In this document: positions 30,003 to 39,741 of the stretch, piece after piece | Numbering within the stretch: position 1 is the stretch's first letter | Layout: the number at the start of each line of letters is the position of its first letter | NCBI GenBank assembly: GCA_965214775.1 | Contig: OZ243974.1 | Location: 2,400,001 to 2,464,000 of the forward strand | Source of the DNA: Nitrosopumilus sp. | GTDB taxonomy: Archaea > Thermoproteota > Nitrososphaeria > Nitrososphaerales > Nitrosopumilaceae | Reading direction: 5' to 3' | Length of the DNA: 64,000 nucleotides | The notes under the pieces: generated by a model | Databases searched by the model: none | The model's input: only the letters and a program-made list of their open reading frames with translations | What the model was told of the DNA's origin: nothing | Position numbers and translations under genes: made by a program

Positions 30003-30720
30003 TGCCTATTTCACAAAATTCAGACAGGTTTCTTTTCGAGTCTCTCGTAATTTCGATCCTAGAATCGTTTGTGGGGATCCAGTGTTTTAGGACACGTCCA
30101 TCAAATTTCCCCCCGTCAAAGAAATGGTGTATGTGCCTTTCTATAATAATTGAACCTCCATCCGTAATCATTTCGGGTTTGAACTGAAAATCTTGGTTGT
30201 AGGTTTCAGATTCGTCTAGTACCACGTACTGTGTTTCTTTGCCTTCGGCATCATTAACAATACCTACGTCAACCTCATTAAAGTCAGATATTATTGCGGG
30301 ACAGTATGCGTGTCCTAGGTACGGCGGATACATGAATTCATTTTTAGTTAGAGCTGATGAGATCGCGGCGTGGTTTTCCTTGTCCGCGTTAACGTAAATC
30401 GTGTATTTGGGACGTTCGACCACTTCAGTCTTGAACGGCTTTGTCTTGGCTTCTTTTAGAGAGCGGTGGTTTGTAAAGAAAGTCACTTTTTTCGGTTCAG
30501 ATTCTAACTTCAGACCAATCTTCACACTTTTAAAAAATTTCAGGTATTGCTTTCCATAAATCTCGTTTAGTGTGTTGGAGCGCTGGACTCCAATGATTGC
30601 GCCAAGTATACCTACTACCGCACTCTTTGACGGGATGTGGTAAACTGTCTGGTTGGTTGTAACAGATGGATCTCTAAACGCGGCAAAATCACCTGAAATC
30701 CTAAATGATATGAGTTTCAA
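29980..30720 (-). CDS. cas5: Cas5 (type I-B-like)
   Basis: 'GDFAAFR...IPSKSAVVGILGAIIG', 'PYLG'. Confidence 0.92.
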   Translation of the reverse strand: MKLISFRISGDFAAFRDPSVTTNQTVYHIPSKSAVVGILGAIIGVQRSNTLNEIYGKQYLKFFKSVKIGLKLESEPKKVTFFTNHRSLKEAKTKPFKTEVVERPKYTIYVNADKENHAAISSALTKNEFMYPPYLGHAYCPAIISDFNEVDVGIVNDAEGKETQYVVLDESETYNQDFQFKPEMITDGGSIIIERHIHHFFDGGKFDGRVLKHWIPTNDSRIEITRDSKRNLSEFCEIGNDVVCMY

Positions 30721-31640
30721 TCCGAAATAACTTCTACATTAAGCCCTTTATTTGCAAGATCTTTGGACAGATCTTCTATGTCTCCTGCGACGTCCTCAGC
30801 ACCCTTGATTCGTATCAATTCTACCTCTGACTTTCTTTTTGACATTACGCTTACAAGTTTTGAGAAGTCAAACGGATTCTTTCCTAGTTTCTTTGCCATT
30901 CCCTTTAATTCCTTATTTTCGTCAACTAGGTTTGGGAGATCATTGTATGTTTTGTCATTGTATTTTATGTCGATATACAGGATACTGCGCTGTGGGTATT
31001 TTGATCGAGTGGTTAGATTGTTTGTACCATTCCACATGCAGTCATGAATCATGGCTGACTTGCCTTCGAACTTTTCCATGATCTTTTTATCATCTGCATA
31101 CTTTGATAGGTTCCTTGGATTGAGTACGCCCTGTACTTTAATCAGCGCATACTCTACGGAATAAAACTTGCCGAATGTGGAAAATTGCTTTCCCTTTTTT
31201 TCCTTACCTACAAATCTTCCGACTATTGTCGGATTAATTATCTGCACTTTGTTTACGCTTTTTGATATTCCAAATTGCAGTGGACCTGTGAGTTTTTCTG
31301 ATCTCCCCTCGTCGTTTTCACCCTTTCTTATTGGCACCAATGCTCCAAACAGCGGCACGTCAAACGTCTTTTCCAGTAGCTTTGACATCACGTCTCCATT
31401 AAGGGATCCCGCTATCTCTTCAGCTTTGCCATCTGCAGCGATCGCCTCTCCTTTTTCATCATAATCGACAAACAGTGTTTCGCCTCTGACATCTCGTGCG
31501 TAATCTCGCATGGTTCGTTTGATTCGTACATCGGTCACCATTATGGTATCATCTGGCATCATTCGAGGTTGATTTTCAAACCCTGGATCTCCGTTTGGGT
31601 TCTGCATTGATTCGTAATAGAATAAAATCTCAGTACTCAT
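30717..31640 (-). CDS. cas7: Cas7 (Csh2-like)
   Basis: 'NPNGDP..ENQPR...VTDVRIKR..RDY', 'D..LFG', 'TGPLQF'. Confidence 0.92.
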   Translation of the reverse strand: MSTEILFYYESMQNPNGDPGFENQPRMMPDDTIMVTDVRIKRTMRDYARDVRGETLFVDYDEKGEAIAADGKAEEIAGSLNGDVMSKLLEKTFDVPLFGALVPIRKGENDEGRSEKLTGPLQFGISKSVNKVQIINPTIVGRFVGKEKKGKQFSTFGKFYSVEYALIKVQGVLNPRNLSKYADDKKIMEKFEGKSAMIHDCMWNGTNNLTTRSKYPQRSILYIDIKYNDKTYNDLPNLVDENKELKGMAKKLGKNPFDFSKLVSVMSKRKSEVELIRIKGAEDVAGDIEDLSKDLANKGLNVEVISD

Positions 31641-33412
31641 ACCATCATCTCCATTTTACTATAGTATCCCTTGAAAAAGAAATACGAATAATCCTTTGAT
31701 GCGGCATCATCGGTAATTTCCTTGTCAGGTTGCAGAGATCTGATCTTATCAGTAGCATTTTTCTTTTTTTCATCTGAGGTTTTTGATAACTGCACACCTT
31801 TGCCTATCCGTGCTACGATAAAACGGAGTCTTTCTCGGTCATATTTTGAATATGTCAGGATATCCGACAGCGAATTATCCATTTCCCCAATGTTTTGTTT
31901 AAAGTCGATGTATGCCTTGGCAATCTGACCTATCTTTTCGGCAAACTCTTCGTTTTTATCCATGTATGAGTATGTATCTTTGCCCCTATTACATAAATGT
32001 TGCAAGCAATAACTTGATCTCTTGAAAAAAGATACCTGATCATGTTGATTCTTGCTCTTTATCCATTTGTGTATTTCCTGCCTCACGCTTTTGTTGAAAA
32101 ATGACAGTAGATAGTCTTTGGGAGTATTGTTATTCATTAGGAAGTTTTTCACTGCATAAAGATATGTATCCCAGATGGGATTTTTGCCAGAATTGTCAAT
32201 CAGGACTTCGATGCATAGTGGCGGAATGTCCTTCATGTCAGAAAACATTTTTTCCATTCTATCTGTTGTCAAATTTTCATCAATCATCACTTCTTGTTTT
32301 GCTTGGTTGATTCGTATACAAATCACCTTTAGTTGTGCATTCTCTGTAAGGCCTGAATTTCCCTTCAAAGTTATGTAATTTTGATATAGTTGAACTAGTA
32401 TTCCTTTTCCGGTATCAGTAAATTCACGTTTATGTTCACTGTCGGTGGTGATATTAGTAAAAGTCCAATCCAACCTACTGATGGTAAATGTTTGTTTTGG
32501 ATCTGTGTATATTTTGTCTAGGCTACTGTCCCCAACACCAATGTTTTTGTAGAACTCCTCTTTTTGTTTACAGTTTATAGTAAATGCTCTGTCGTCATAT
32601 GAAAGGAACTTGGCAGTTTTTGTTGCACTTGATGCATGTCTGAATGCCTTCATTCCCAGATAATCGGTAAATGGGTCTTGTTCAGGATCCCCTTTGCTTT
32701 CATCTGCTCTTTTAAACTTGATTATGTGATCATCTGGTAAAACATAGATTCTAAACGGTATTTTGCTAGGTTTTGTAATACTATGTTCTTGTTTTTTTGC
32801 AAACTCCATAAATTTTTCAACTATGCCGTCATATGCGCTTACATTCAAAATTCCTTCGTCATCAATAATTCCAGAATCAACATATTCAGAAAATAACGTG
32901 CTAGAATTTACCCAATAATTTTTTTTATCGATTCTTAGCTTAGGCTTCCCGTCAGCTTCCTTGATGACCTCTCCAGCAGATACATCTAAAATGTGTTTTA
33001 TATAATCTGGTTTTTTGCCAATTGTGATTTCAAGTTTTGTCTCTGATGCCTTGTTTGTCTTTATAATACCGTAAATTTCAAGGTATGGATTTGGCGCTGC
33101 AGCACCAACCCTGTGATCTGGAAGCTTGCTTATGACGTCATCAGAAGTATTCAGAGGCATTTTAAGCCAGTTTTGCAACTCTTTTGTCCCTTTAGTTGTT
33201 TCTGAACCCCACTCCTCAAGCGTTTTTTCGTCAACTGTAGCTGTGTTGTCTTTGTAGAATATCATCTTAACTGGAAGTTGTTTTTTTGGTGCAGATCCTT
33301 TGCTGTCTCTGTTTCCATAAAATAATTCATACGCTAGCAATAACAGTAAACAACACGCTATTTTTTTAAACATTTGCATTCGTTCAAATTGCTTACTGAG
33401 ACATACACTCAT
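31637..33412 (-). CDS. cas8: Divergent Cas8b-like large subunit (start likely further downstream)
   Basis: Position at head of cas7-cas5-cas3; C-terminal helical segment ending 'YFFFKGYY'; called mainly by synteny. Confidence 0.65.
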   Translation of the reverse strand: MSVCLSKQFERMQMFKKIACCLLLLLAYELFYGNRDSKGSAPKKQLPVKMIFYKDNTATVDEKTLEEWGSETTKGTKELQNWLKMPLNTSDDVISKLPDHRVGAAAPNPYLEIYGIIKTNKASETKLEITIGKKPDYIKHILDVSAGEVIKEADGKPKLRIDKKNYWVNSSTLFSEYVDSGIIDDEGILNVSAYDGIVEKFMEFAKKQEHSITKPSKIPFRIYVLPDDHIIKFKRADESKGDPEQDPFTDYLGMKAFRHASSATKTAKFLSYDDRAFTINCKQKEEFYKNIGVGDSSLDKIYTDPKQTFTISRLDWTFTNITTDSEHKREFTDTGKGILVQLYQNYITLKGNSGLTENAQLKVICIRINQAKQEVMIDENLTTDRMEKMFSDMKDIPPLCIEVLIDNSGKNPIWDTYLYAVKNFLMNNNTPKDYLLSFFNKSVRQEIHKWIKSKNQHDQVSFFKRSSYCLQHLCNRGKDTYSYMDKNEEFAEKIGQIAKAYIDFKQNIGEMDNSLSDILTYSKYDRERLRFIVARIGKGVQLSKTSDEKKKNATDKIRSLQPDKEITDDAASKDYSYFFFKGYYSKMEMMV

Positions 33413-33537
33413 GCATGCATAAAGTCATTAGATTTTATGCGTGGTCGGTTCAGATCTAGGATTATCATGAACAAATTTATCTCATTTAGGTCGATTACAC
33501 ATAAAGTCTGCTATGTAAGTCAATCACACAAAACAAG

Positions 33538-33614
33538 TGGCGCCGCCCATCAGACTTGAACTGACGACCGTCCGATTAACAGTCGGATGCTCTACCACGC
33601 TGAGCTAGGGCGGC
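33538..33614 (-). tRNA. tRNA-Asn(GTT) with encoded CCA
   Basis: GCCGCCC/GGGCGGC acceptor stem, anticodon loop CTGTTAA, T loop GTTCAAG. Confidence 0.95.
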
Positions 33615-33687
33615 ACTGTCTTTGTAGCTTGGCAAAAGTGATTTAATCCTTGCTACTGCGCAATCTGGGCCAAGTGAAAGGAAAAGG

Positions 33688-33975
33688 TCAGTTGAACCTT
33701 GCGAAAAACTCCTTTATCTCCTTTGAACGGCCCTCGACAATCCCGGTGATCCCCCTGTGCTCGTCGGGGGTCGGCTTCCTCCTGTACACTGCCTGAAAGA
33801 TGCCAAGGGCAGAGCCCACCATCTCCCCGACAAAAAACCCGCACAGAAAATCCCCGTTGTTCTCGCATTTCCATGACTGCCTGACCTTGGGGGAAACTCC
33901 TGCGGATTTGTACAGCTCCAAGGTATCCTCAACAAGCTGCGTGATCTCCTTTGAGAATTTGGGATCCAGGGCCAT
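33688..33975 (-). CDS. Conserved hypothetical protein
   Basis: Co-oriented 11 bp after rpl6; typical composition. Confidence 0.7.
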   Translation of the reverse strand: MALDPKFSKEITQLVEDTLELYKSAGVSPKVRQSWKCENNGDFLCGFFVGEMVGSALGIFQAVYRRKPTPDEHRGITGIVEGRSKEIKEFFARFN

Positions 33976-33986
33976 CAGAAAGTCTG

Positions 33987-34550
33987 CTACTCCTCTTCTA
34001 TTCCCTTTTTCTTTTCATATGCATAGATGCCATCAAGAAAAACCCTGTGATCCTTGTTTTTTACCTTTGTCTTCAGCTCGATGTTTGCTGCAGTCTGCGT
34101 GATGTCTGTCCAGACCTCGCCTGTCAACAGGACGTCTTCTCCCTTTGGAACCACCCTTGTATTTCCCACGACTGATGCAGTCCTGGGGGCCCTCTCTCCC
34201 TGAAAGTTTTCAATCAAAATTTTTTTTCCTTCCACTTTTACTGTAATTGGAAAGTGCGCAAAGACCACCTTCATCCTGATGGTATATCCGCTGACAAGCC
34301 CCTCGCAGATGTTTCTTACAAGTGACCTTGCCGCATGCAGTATGGCATAGTCCCTCTTTTTCTGTCCGATGGTCCTCAAAACGATCTTGCCCCCGCTGAT
34401 CTCCGGGGTGACCGGGATGCTTTTGAAGCTTTGGTGCGTCTTTCCAAGGGGCCCCTCAAAAGTCAGCATGTGTTTCTTTTGCGTGACGGTAACTTCCTTG
34501 GGAATGTCCACCGCATCCTGGAACTTTTCAGCTTCCTGCTCAGTAGACAT
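33987..34550 (-). CDS. rpl6: 50S ribosomal protein L6 (uL6)
   Basis: 'HFPI', 'NFQGE', 'DHRVFLDGIY'. Confidence 0.96.
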   Translation of the reverse strand: MSTEQEAEKFQDAVDIPKEVTVTQKKHMLTFEGPLGKTHQSFKSIPVTPEISGGKIVLRTIGQKKRDYAILHAARSLVRNICEGLVSGYTIRMKVVFAHFPITVKVEGKKILIENFQGERAPRTASVVGNTRVVPKGEDVLLTGEVWTDITQTAANIELKTKVKNKDHRVFLDGIYAYEKKKGIEEE

Positions 34551-34932
34551 ATCCTATCAGAAACCCCCCGATTCCCTTCTGCGCCGCATCATGGTGGGAC
34601 ATTACCCCCTGGTTTGTAGTCACCAGCAGCATGCCCCTGTTGTATGCCGGCAGGTACTGCTGCTCCCAGCTGTTAAACTCGTCGGTCTTTACCTTGAATC
34701 TTGGCGAGATTGCGCCGCATTTTGTAATCTTTGCCAGCAGCCTTATCTTGAACTTTCCCCCTCTCTTGTCGTCAATGTGCTCAAACTCCCCGATGTATCC
34801 GTCCTTTTGCAGGGTTTTGAGAACCTCGATTCCCAGCTTTGATGTCGGAAGGACCGTACACTGGTCCTTTCTTCTTGTCTCGTTGTTGTAAAGCGTGACA
34901 AATAGATTTGCTAAAACGTTGCTTGCCGGCAT
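34540..34932 (-). CDS. rps8: 30S ribosomal protein S8 (uS8)
   Basis: 'GYIGEFEHIDDKRGGK', 'CGAISPR'. Confidence 0.96.
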   Translation of the reverse strand: MPASNVLANLFVTLYNNETRRKDQCTVLPTSKLGIEVLKTLQKDGYIGEFEHIDDKRGGKFKIRLLAKITKCGAISPRFKVKTDEFNSWEQQYLPAYNRGMLLVTTNQGVMSHHDAAQKGIGGFLIGYVY

Positions 34933-34936
34933 GATC

Positions 34937-35116
34937 TCACCTGTTCTTCCTGAATCCTAGGGATGCTGCTACCTCCCTAAAGCACCTTCTGCAGATCATC
35001 AGGTCGTATTTTTGGATGACGGCAGTATAGTCCCCGCATCTCTTGCACCATCTTGATCCCCTGCCAAAGTCGTGCTTTTTTCTGCCGGTAAACTCGTAGG
35101 ATCTGTCTTTTGCCAT
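34937..35116 (-). CDS. rps14: 30S ribosomal protein S14 (uS14)
   Basis: Manual translation MAKDRSY...CKRCG...CRRCFRE...LGFRKNR; missing from ORF track. Confidence 0.95.
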   Translation of the reverse strand: MAKDRSYEFTGRKKHDFGRGSRWCKRCGDYTAVIQKYDLMICRRCFREVAASLGFRKNR

Positions 35117-35646
35117 TATGCTACTGTCACTCCGAACTCTTTTACCATGTAATCCTTTGCCTCCTGGCTTGTAATGATGTGGGACTTGCCGACGCTTGCC
35201 TTGTGCTTGCTTCTTGTCCTTATGCCGTAGCCTGGCCTTGCCAGTGCAACGGAGACTCCCAAACCCAAAATTCCGATCTGCGGATCGTATTTTACGCCGG
35301 GAATGTCAATGTGCTCCCCGATTCCAAACGAATAGTTGCCAAAATCATCAAACGATCTCCCGTTGACCGCGTTTCCCTTTGCCTCTAGCAGCCGCCTCAG
35401 CAGTGCCTTTGCATCCTCTCCCCTGACTGTCACTGATGCCCCGATTGGCTCTCCCTTTCTTACGCCCCAGTCTCTCTGGGTTGCCTTTGCGTCCCTGGCA
35501 CACGATCTCTTGCCGGATATCTGATCGAGTGCCTTTTTTGCTATATCTATTGCATCACCGGATCTTCCTACGCCCATGTTCAGGACGACTTTCTCGAGCC
35601 TGATTCTCTTCATGGGGGACTGGGCTGTTTTTTGGGACATCGTCAT
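35116..35646 (-). CDS. rpl5: 50S ribosomal protein L5 (uL5)
   Basis: 'KVVLNMGVG', 'FDDFGNYSFGI.EHID'. Confidence 0.96.
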   Translation of the reverse strand: MTMSQKTAQSPMKRIRLEKVVLNMGVGRSGDAIDIAKKALDQISGKRSCARDAKATQRDWGVRKGEPIGASVTVRGEDAKALLRRLLEAKGNAVNGRSFDDFGNYSFGIGEHIDIPGVKYDPQIGILGLGVSVALARPGYGIRTRSKHKASVGKSHIITSQEAKDYMVKEFGVTVA

Positions 35647-36362
35647 CACTTTATCCGTATTGCTGGCTCCTCTTTTCCGATTGGCATTATGATGTCTGCT
35701 GGAATCTCGATCTTTCTTTGACCTAGCGCAACGACGACCCTCTTTGGCAGGATGAACGTGCCCTTTTCAACGCTTTGGATTTTGCCGATCTGCCCTGCGT
35801 TGATTCCGCGTATCACCAGGCACTGGCAGCCTGCCTCCAGCTTGATTACCTTGATGATTTCCTGGCTTGGGACAGTGATCAGGCATGCATCACCGATGCT
35901 TGCCTGGACGTCTGACATTACCGAACGTCCGTCATGGAACCCGATCTGCATCCTTCCGTTTTTGGTCGTTGTCTTTTTTGTAACGATGACCAGCTTTTTG
36001 GATTTCTCTGATTCGTCAATCTTGATTGGTTGTAGCAGCTTTCCCTCTGTTGGAACCATGCGGTAAATGTCCGAGACATTTTCCAGCTCGACTATGTCCA
36101 TCAGTCCGATTGCATGGTGGAGCGACTTTCTTACAACGCCGTCAATCTTTACCTTTCCGGAATAGATTGACGTCTTTGCCTCCCTGAGGCTTGAGACGAT
36201 CTTTAGCATGTCCCTGAGAAAGACCGCAGTTGGAACCGAATAATGTTTCTTGTGTGCGCCCGGCCTTGTGGTGATTACGAATCTTTTGTCTTTTCTTGTA
36301 ATGCCCCAGAACTGGGGTGCCATTTGGCGTTTGAGTTTTTTACTTCCGGATATGCTTACCAA
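35646..36362 (-). CDS. rps4e: 30S ribosomal protein S4e
   Basis: 'KLKRQMAP..W', 'IGLMD', 'HDGRS'. Confidence 0.95.
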   Translation of the reverse strand: MVSISGSKKLKRQMAPQFWGITRKDKRFVITTRPGAHKKHYSVPTAVFLRDMLKIVSSLREAKTSIYSGKVKIDGVVRKSLHHAIGLMDIVELENVSDIYRMVPTEGKLLQPIKIDESEKSKKLVIVTKKTTTKNGRMQIGFHDGRSVMSDVQASIGDACLITVPSQEIIKVIKLEAGCQCLVIRGINAGQIGKIQSVEKGTFILPKRVVVALGQRKIEIPADIIMPIGKEEPAIRIK

Positions 36363-37624
36363 TTGTTGTTTTCATCTCCCTTTTTTTCGGATTTTTCCTC
36401 CGTTTTTGTTTCTTTGGGTGCTTCCTCTTCTTCCTCTCTTTCTTCTGTCGCTTCTCTTTCTTCTGTCGCTTCTCTTTCTTCTGTCGCTTCTCTTTCTTCT
36501 GTCGCTTCTCTTTCTTCTGTCGCTTCCTCTTCTTCCTCTCTTTCTTCTGTCGCTTCCTCTTCTTCCTCTCTTTCTTCTGTCGCTTCCTCTTCTTCCTCTC
36601 TTTCTTCTGTCGCTTCCTCTTCTTCCTCTCTTTCTTCTGTCGCTTCCTCTTCTTCCTCTCTTTCTTCTGTCGCTTCCTCTTCTTCCTCTCTTTCTTCTGT
36701 CGCTTCCTCTTCTTCCTCTCTTTCTTCTGTCGCTTCCTCTTCTTCCTCTCTTTCTTCTGTCGCTTCCTCTTCTTCCTCTCTTTCTTCTGTCGCTTCTCTT
36801 TCTTTGGCCCTTGCCTCAAGCGTTTTCCCTTCTTTTGCTGCTTCTGCTTCTGCTTTTCTTGCCGCATCTGTCGCCTCATTTAGTTCTTGTATTGCCGCAT
36901 CTACTTCCTCTTCTGCATCTTCCAATGCCTCTTTTGCCGCATCTACTTCCTCTTTTGCATATCTTACCTCCTCCATTGCCTTTTCTGCCGCATCCATTTT
37001 TTCATCCCATGTCTCCTCAGGTGCCGCCTCCAATGCCTCTACTGCCTCTTCTGCCACTTTCAATGCCTCGCTTCTTGCCTCTACTGCCTCTTCTGCCACT
37101 TTCAATGCCTCTCTTTTGTCTTCCAATGCCTCTTTTGCCGCCTCTGTTGCTTCTGCCGCATCCTCCATTGCCTCTTCTGCCACTTCCAACGCATCCCTTT
37201 TTTCTCCTTTCTCTTCAGTCATTGCATCCATTGCAGCGTATTTCTCCTTGGGCGCAGTCCTGGGCATGCTGTCTGGGCTCTTGCCTTCTAATTTTGCCAT
37301 TCTCCACTTGTCATCGGTGTTCAATGACTTTACAACCAGGTTTGAGGTGTGGATATAAACGTCATATTTTTCCCCCCTTGTCTGTTCCTTTTTGATTCCT
37401 TCGATTGCCACGCTGTTTTTCTGGGTTGACACCTGTCCGACCTTGCCGCTTACCCCTGCAAACTCCCCCCTGACAATCGTAACGCTGTCTCCCTTGACGA
37501 CCCTCACGCTTCGTTTTCCGTATCTGTTTTGCAGTTCTTTTGAGAGTGCGCTTCCAAGTTGCTTGCTTTTGGATTGGTATGTTGCGCGATAAATCATCTT
37601 GTTACGCATCTTAGTCGGCTTCAT
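36356..37624 (-). CDS. rpl24: 50S ribosomal protein L24 (uL24) with long acidic C-terminal extension
   Basis: KOW 'VVKGDSVTIVRG', 'IHTSN', operon position; E/A-rich tail. Confidence 0.93.
   Translation of the reverse strand: MKPTKMRNKMIYRATYQSKSKQLGSALSKELQNRYGKRSVRVVKGDSVTIVRGEFAGVSGKVGQVSTQKNSVAIEGIKKEQTRGEKYDVYIHTSNLVVKSLNTDDKWRMAKLEGKSPDSMPRTAPKEKYAAMDAMTEEKGEKRDALEVAEEAMEDAAEATEAAKEALEDKREALKVAEEAVEARSEALKVAEEAVEALEAAPEETWDEKMDAAEKAMEEVRYAKEEVDAAKEALEDAEEEVDAAIQELNEATDAARKAEAEAAKEGKTLEARAKEREATEEREEEEEATEEREEEEEATEEREEEEEATEEREEEEEATEEREEEEEATEEREEEEEATEEREEEEEATEEREEEEEATEEREEEEEATEEREATEEREATEEREATEEREATEEREEEEEAPKETKTEEKSEKKGDENNNW
36421..36800. repeat. Coding tandem repeat, 30-bp (ATEEREEEEE) and 18-bp (ATEERE) units
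   Basis: Nine consecutive perfect 30-bp units, four 18-bp units, one further long unit. Confidence 0.95.
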
Positions 37625-37632
37625 CTTTCCTT

Positions 37633-38055
37633 TTACACCACCATTGATGCCAGGTTGGCTACCCTTGGCCATTTTTCTGAGGCTTCTGCTGCCACCGGTC
37701 CCTTGATGTCCGTCCCCTTTGTCTCTCCCTCCGGGGTGATCAACACTGCGGCGTTGTCCTCAAAACAGACTCTGACTCCGTTTAGCCTTCTGACTGCGTA
37801 TTTCTGTCTGATGATGACTGCGCCGTGCACCTGCTTTCTTAGCTCTGCGGGCCCCTTTTTTACGACAACATTGCAAAAGTCGCCAACGGCTGCCGCCGGC
37901 AGCCTTGAAACCCTCGTTTTGTGTCTTGGAACATTGATTACCTCTAGAATTTTTGCGCCTGAATTGTCTGCACAAACAATCTCGGCACCTACCGGGATTG
38001 ATCTTGTGACGTACGGGCGGAACTCCTCTACGCCCTTTCCTGCCTGTTTTGCCAT
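37633..38055 (-). CDS. rpl14: 50S ribosomal protein L14 (uL14)
   Basis: 'ADNSGAK', 'FEDNAAV'. Confidence 0.97.
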   Translation of the reverse strand: MAKQAGKGVEEFRPYVTRSIPVGAEIVCADNSGAKILEVINVPRHKTRVSRLPAAAVGDFCNVVVKKGPAELRKQVHGAVIIRQKYAVRRLNGVRVCFEDNAAVLITPEGETKGTDIKGPVAAEASEKWPRVANLASMVV

Positions 38056-38379
38056 CTATGATCTGACCTCCACGACAACGTATGAGACTGATTTTGATAT
38101 CGGCCTGCATTCTGCAGCAAGTACGGTGTCGCCCAGATCCACGTCAATGCATGAGGGCACATGGGCATGAATGCTGCTCTTTCCCCTTGCATATCTCTTG
38201 AATTTGTTATAGTAGACTGGCGCATCCTTTTGCAGCGTTATGGTCTGCTTTGCCTTGTTGCCTGTGACTTTTCCCTCAAAGAGCCTTCCTCTGATGGCCA
38301 GGTTGCCACAAAACGGACAGTTCTTCTCGTCGCATTTTCTTTCTGGCTCTTTTACCTCAAGGCCGATGTTTCTGGTCAT
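38056..38379 (-). CDS. rps17: 30S ribosomal protein S17 (uS17)
   Basis: 'CPFCG', 'ECRPISK'. Confidence 0.96.
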   Translation of the reverse strand: MTRNIGLEVKEPERKCDEKNCPFCGNLAIRGRLFEGKVTGNKAKQTITLQKDAPVYYNKFKRYARGKSSIHAHVPSCIDVDLGDTVLAAECRPISKSVSYVVVEVRS

Positions 38380-38750
38380 GGACTTTCTCCTCCACTGCTT
38401 TTTCTTCTTCCTGCGCCTCTTCCTATTCTGTCAAACGGCCTTTTTTGGATGGTTGAGCCGTCAATGATTACAGGAGGGCAGTCTCCGATTGAGATCTCCC
38501 AGACGCTGTCTGCCTTTGCAGCCAGTTTGACTCCTTTTTTCGTATCTAATGCAAACATGGATTTTGTTTCGTTGATTATGGTCCCATTTAATCCTATTAT
38601 TTGCGGGTTGGATGACTCTACAATCCTGGCGTCTGACCCGATGAACTCCTGTGAAGTAGCGTTTTTTGGTGTTGTTGCTGCTGTTGTTGCTGCTGTTGTT
38701 GCTGGTGTTGTTGCTGTTGCTGCTGTTACTGTTGTTGTTTCCATCGTCAT
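38376..38750 (-). CDS. rnp1: RNase P protein p29 with Thr/Ala-rich N-terminus
   Basis: 'EFIG', 'GLNGTIINETK', 'RPFDR'; canonical operon position. Confidence 0.88.
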   Translation of the reverse strand: MTMETTTVTAATATTPATTAATTAATTPKNATSQEFIGSDARIVESSNPQIIGLNGTIINETKSMFALDTKKGVKLAAKADSVWEISIGDCPPVIIDGSTIQKRPFDRIGRGAGRRKSSGGESP

Positions 38751-38980
38751 CCTCTTCTTCCTTCCTCTTCTTCCTTCTCTTCTCTCTTCATCTCGTTTAG
38801 CCTGGTCAGCATTCTTGCAATGTCGTGTCTGAGCGGTTTTAGTTTTCCGCTTTCCTTTCTTAATGTGCCTTTGGCAGCATCAATGCGTAGTTTTGTCAGC
38901 TCGCTGCGCGCCTCTTGTATTCTGCCCTCAAGATCCTTTCTGTTCAGGTTGTTTATTGTTTTCATGCTTGTCCTGGTCAT
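38747..38980 (-). CDS. rpl29: 50S ribosomal protein L29 (uL29)
   Basis: '[10 protein letters not shown]'. Confidence 0.93.
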   Translation of the reverse strand: MTRTSMKTINNLNRKDLEGRIQEARSELTKLRIDAAKGTLRKESGKLKPLRHDIARMLTRLNEMKREEKEEEEGRRG

Positions 38981-39738
38981 TTCATCTTGGCCTCCTCTTC
39001 CTCTAGCGTCTCTAGTTCCTTCATCTTTTCCTCCTCTATTGCTATCTGCTCGGACTCTGTCCTTGCCTTCTTTTCGGCTTCTGTCTCGTCTCTCATCTTT
39101 CCGGTCTCTGCATCCTTGACTTGTTTTGCCTTTCTTGCCGGTGGTTTTTCTGCCCTTAACTCAAACTCTGGAACGAACTTTTCCTTCCTTGCAATTCTGA
39201 TTCTTATTCCGATCAGTCCCATTGGCGTGTTTACGTGCGCAATGTCCTCATCAACGATCACTTCTGCGTGGTGGCCTGCCCTTGGCAGGACTCCGGAGGT
39301 GTGCTTTTCAAACGCCGAGCGGTCGCCCCTTAACTTCCCTGAAATTGTAATCTGAACGCCCATGGCCCCTGCCTCCATGATCTGCTTTAGAGTCCACATG
39401 GTCGCCCTTCTAAATGCGATTCCCCTCTCCAGGTGCGATGCCATTCTGTTGCACATTACGCTTGGCGAGAGTTCGGGCTTGTCAATCTCAACTACCAAGA
39501 CCTGCGGGTTCTTTAACCCAAAGTCTGTCGACAGTTTTTCTGTAATCTCCCTGATTCCGGAACCCTTTCTTCCGATGACGATTCCCGGCCTGGTCACATG
39601 CAGTGCCACCTTGGTGCCTGTTGGCGTCTTTGAGATTTCTGCATGGGAGAATCCTGCCTCCTTGATTGCCTCCCGGAGATAGTCCTTGAGCAGCATCATG
39701 TTGTAGTTGTCCTTGATTACGTTTTTGACTGACGACAT
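38977..39738 (-). CDS. rps3: 30S ribosomal protein S3 (uS3)
   Basis: '[10 protein letters not shown]', 'ISGKL'. Confidence 0.97.
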   Translation of the reverse strand: MSSVKNVIKDNYNMMLLKDYLREAIKEAGFSHAEISKTPTGTKVALHVTRPGIVIGRKGSGIREITEKLSTDFGLKNPQVLVVEIDKPELSPSVMCNRMASHLERGIAFRRATMWTLKQIMEAGAMGVQITISGKLRGDRSAFEKHTSGVLPRAGHHAEVIVDEDIAHVNTPMGLIGIRIRIARKEKFVPEFELRAEKPPARKAKQVKDAETGKMRDETEAEKKARTESEQIAIEEEKMKELETLEEEEAKMK

Positions 39739-39741
39739 GTC

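Noticed and set aside
33413-33537. Short repeat-like words (AGTCATTA, GGATTATCAT) upstream of cas8
   Set aside because: Too short and AT-rich to call a degenerate mini-array without alignment statistics.
36243-37395. Long Leu/Ser/Lys-rich ORFs on other frames
   Set aside because: Shadows of the uL24 tandem repeat.
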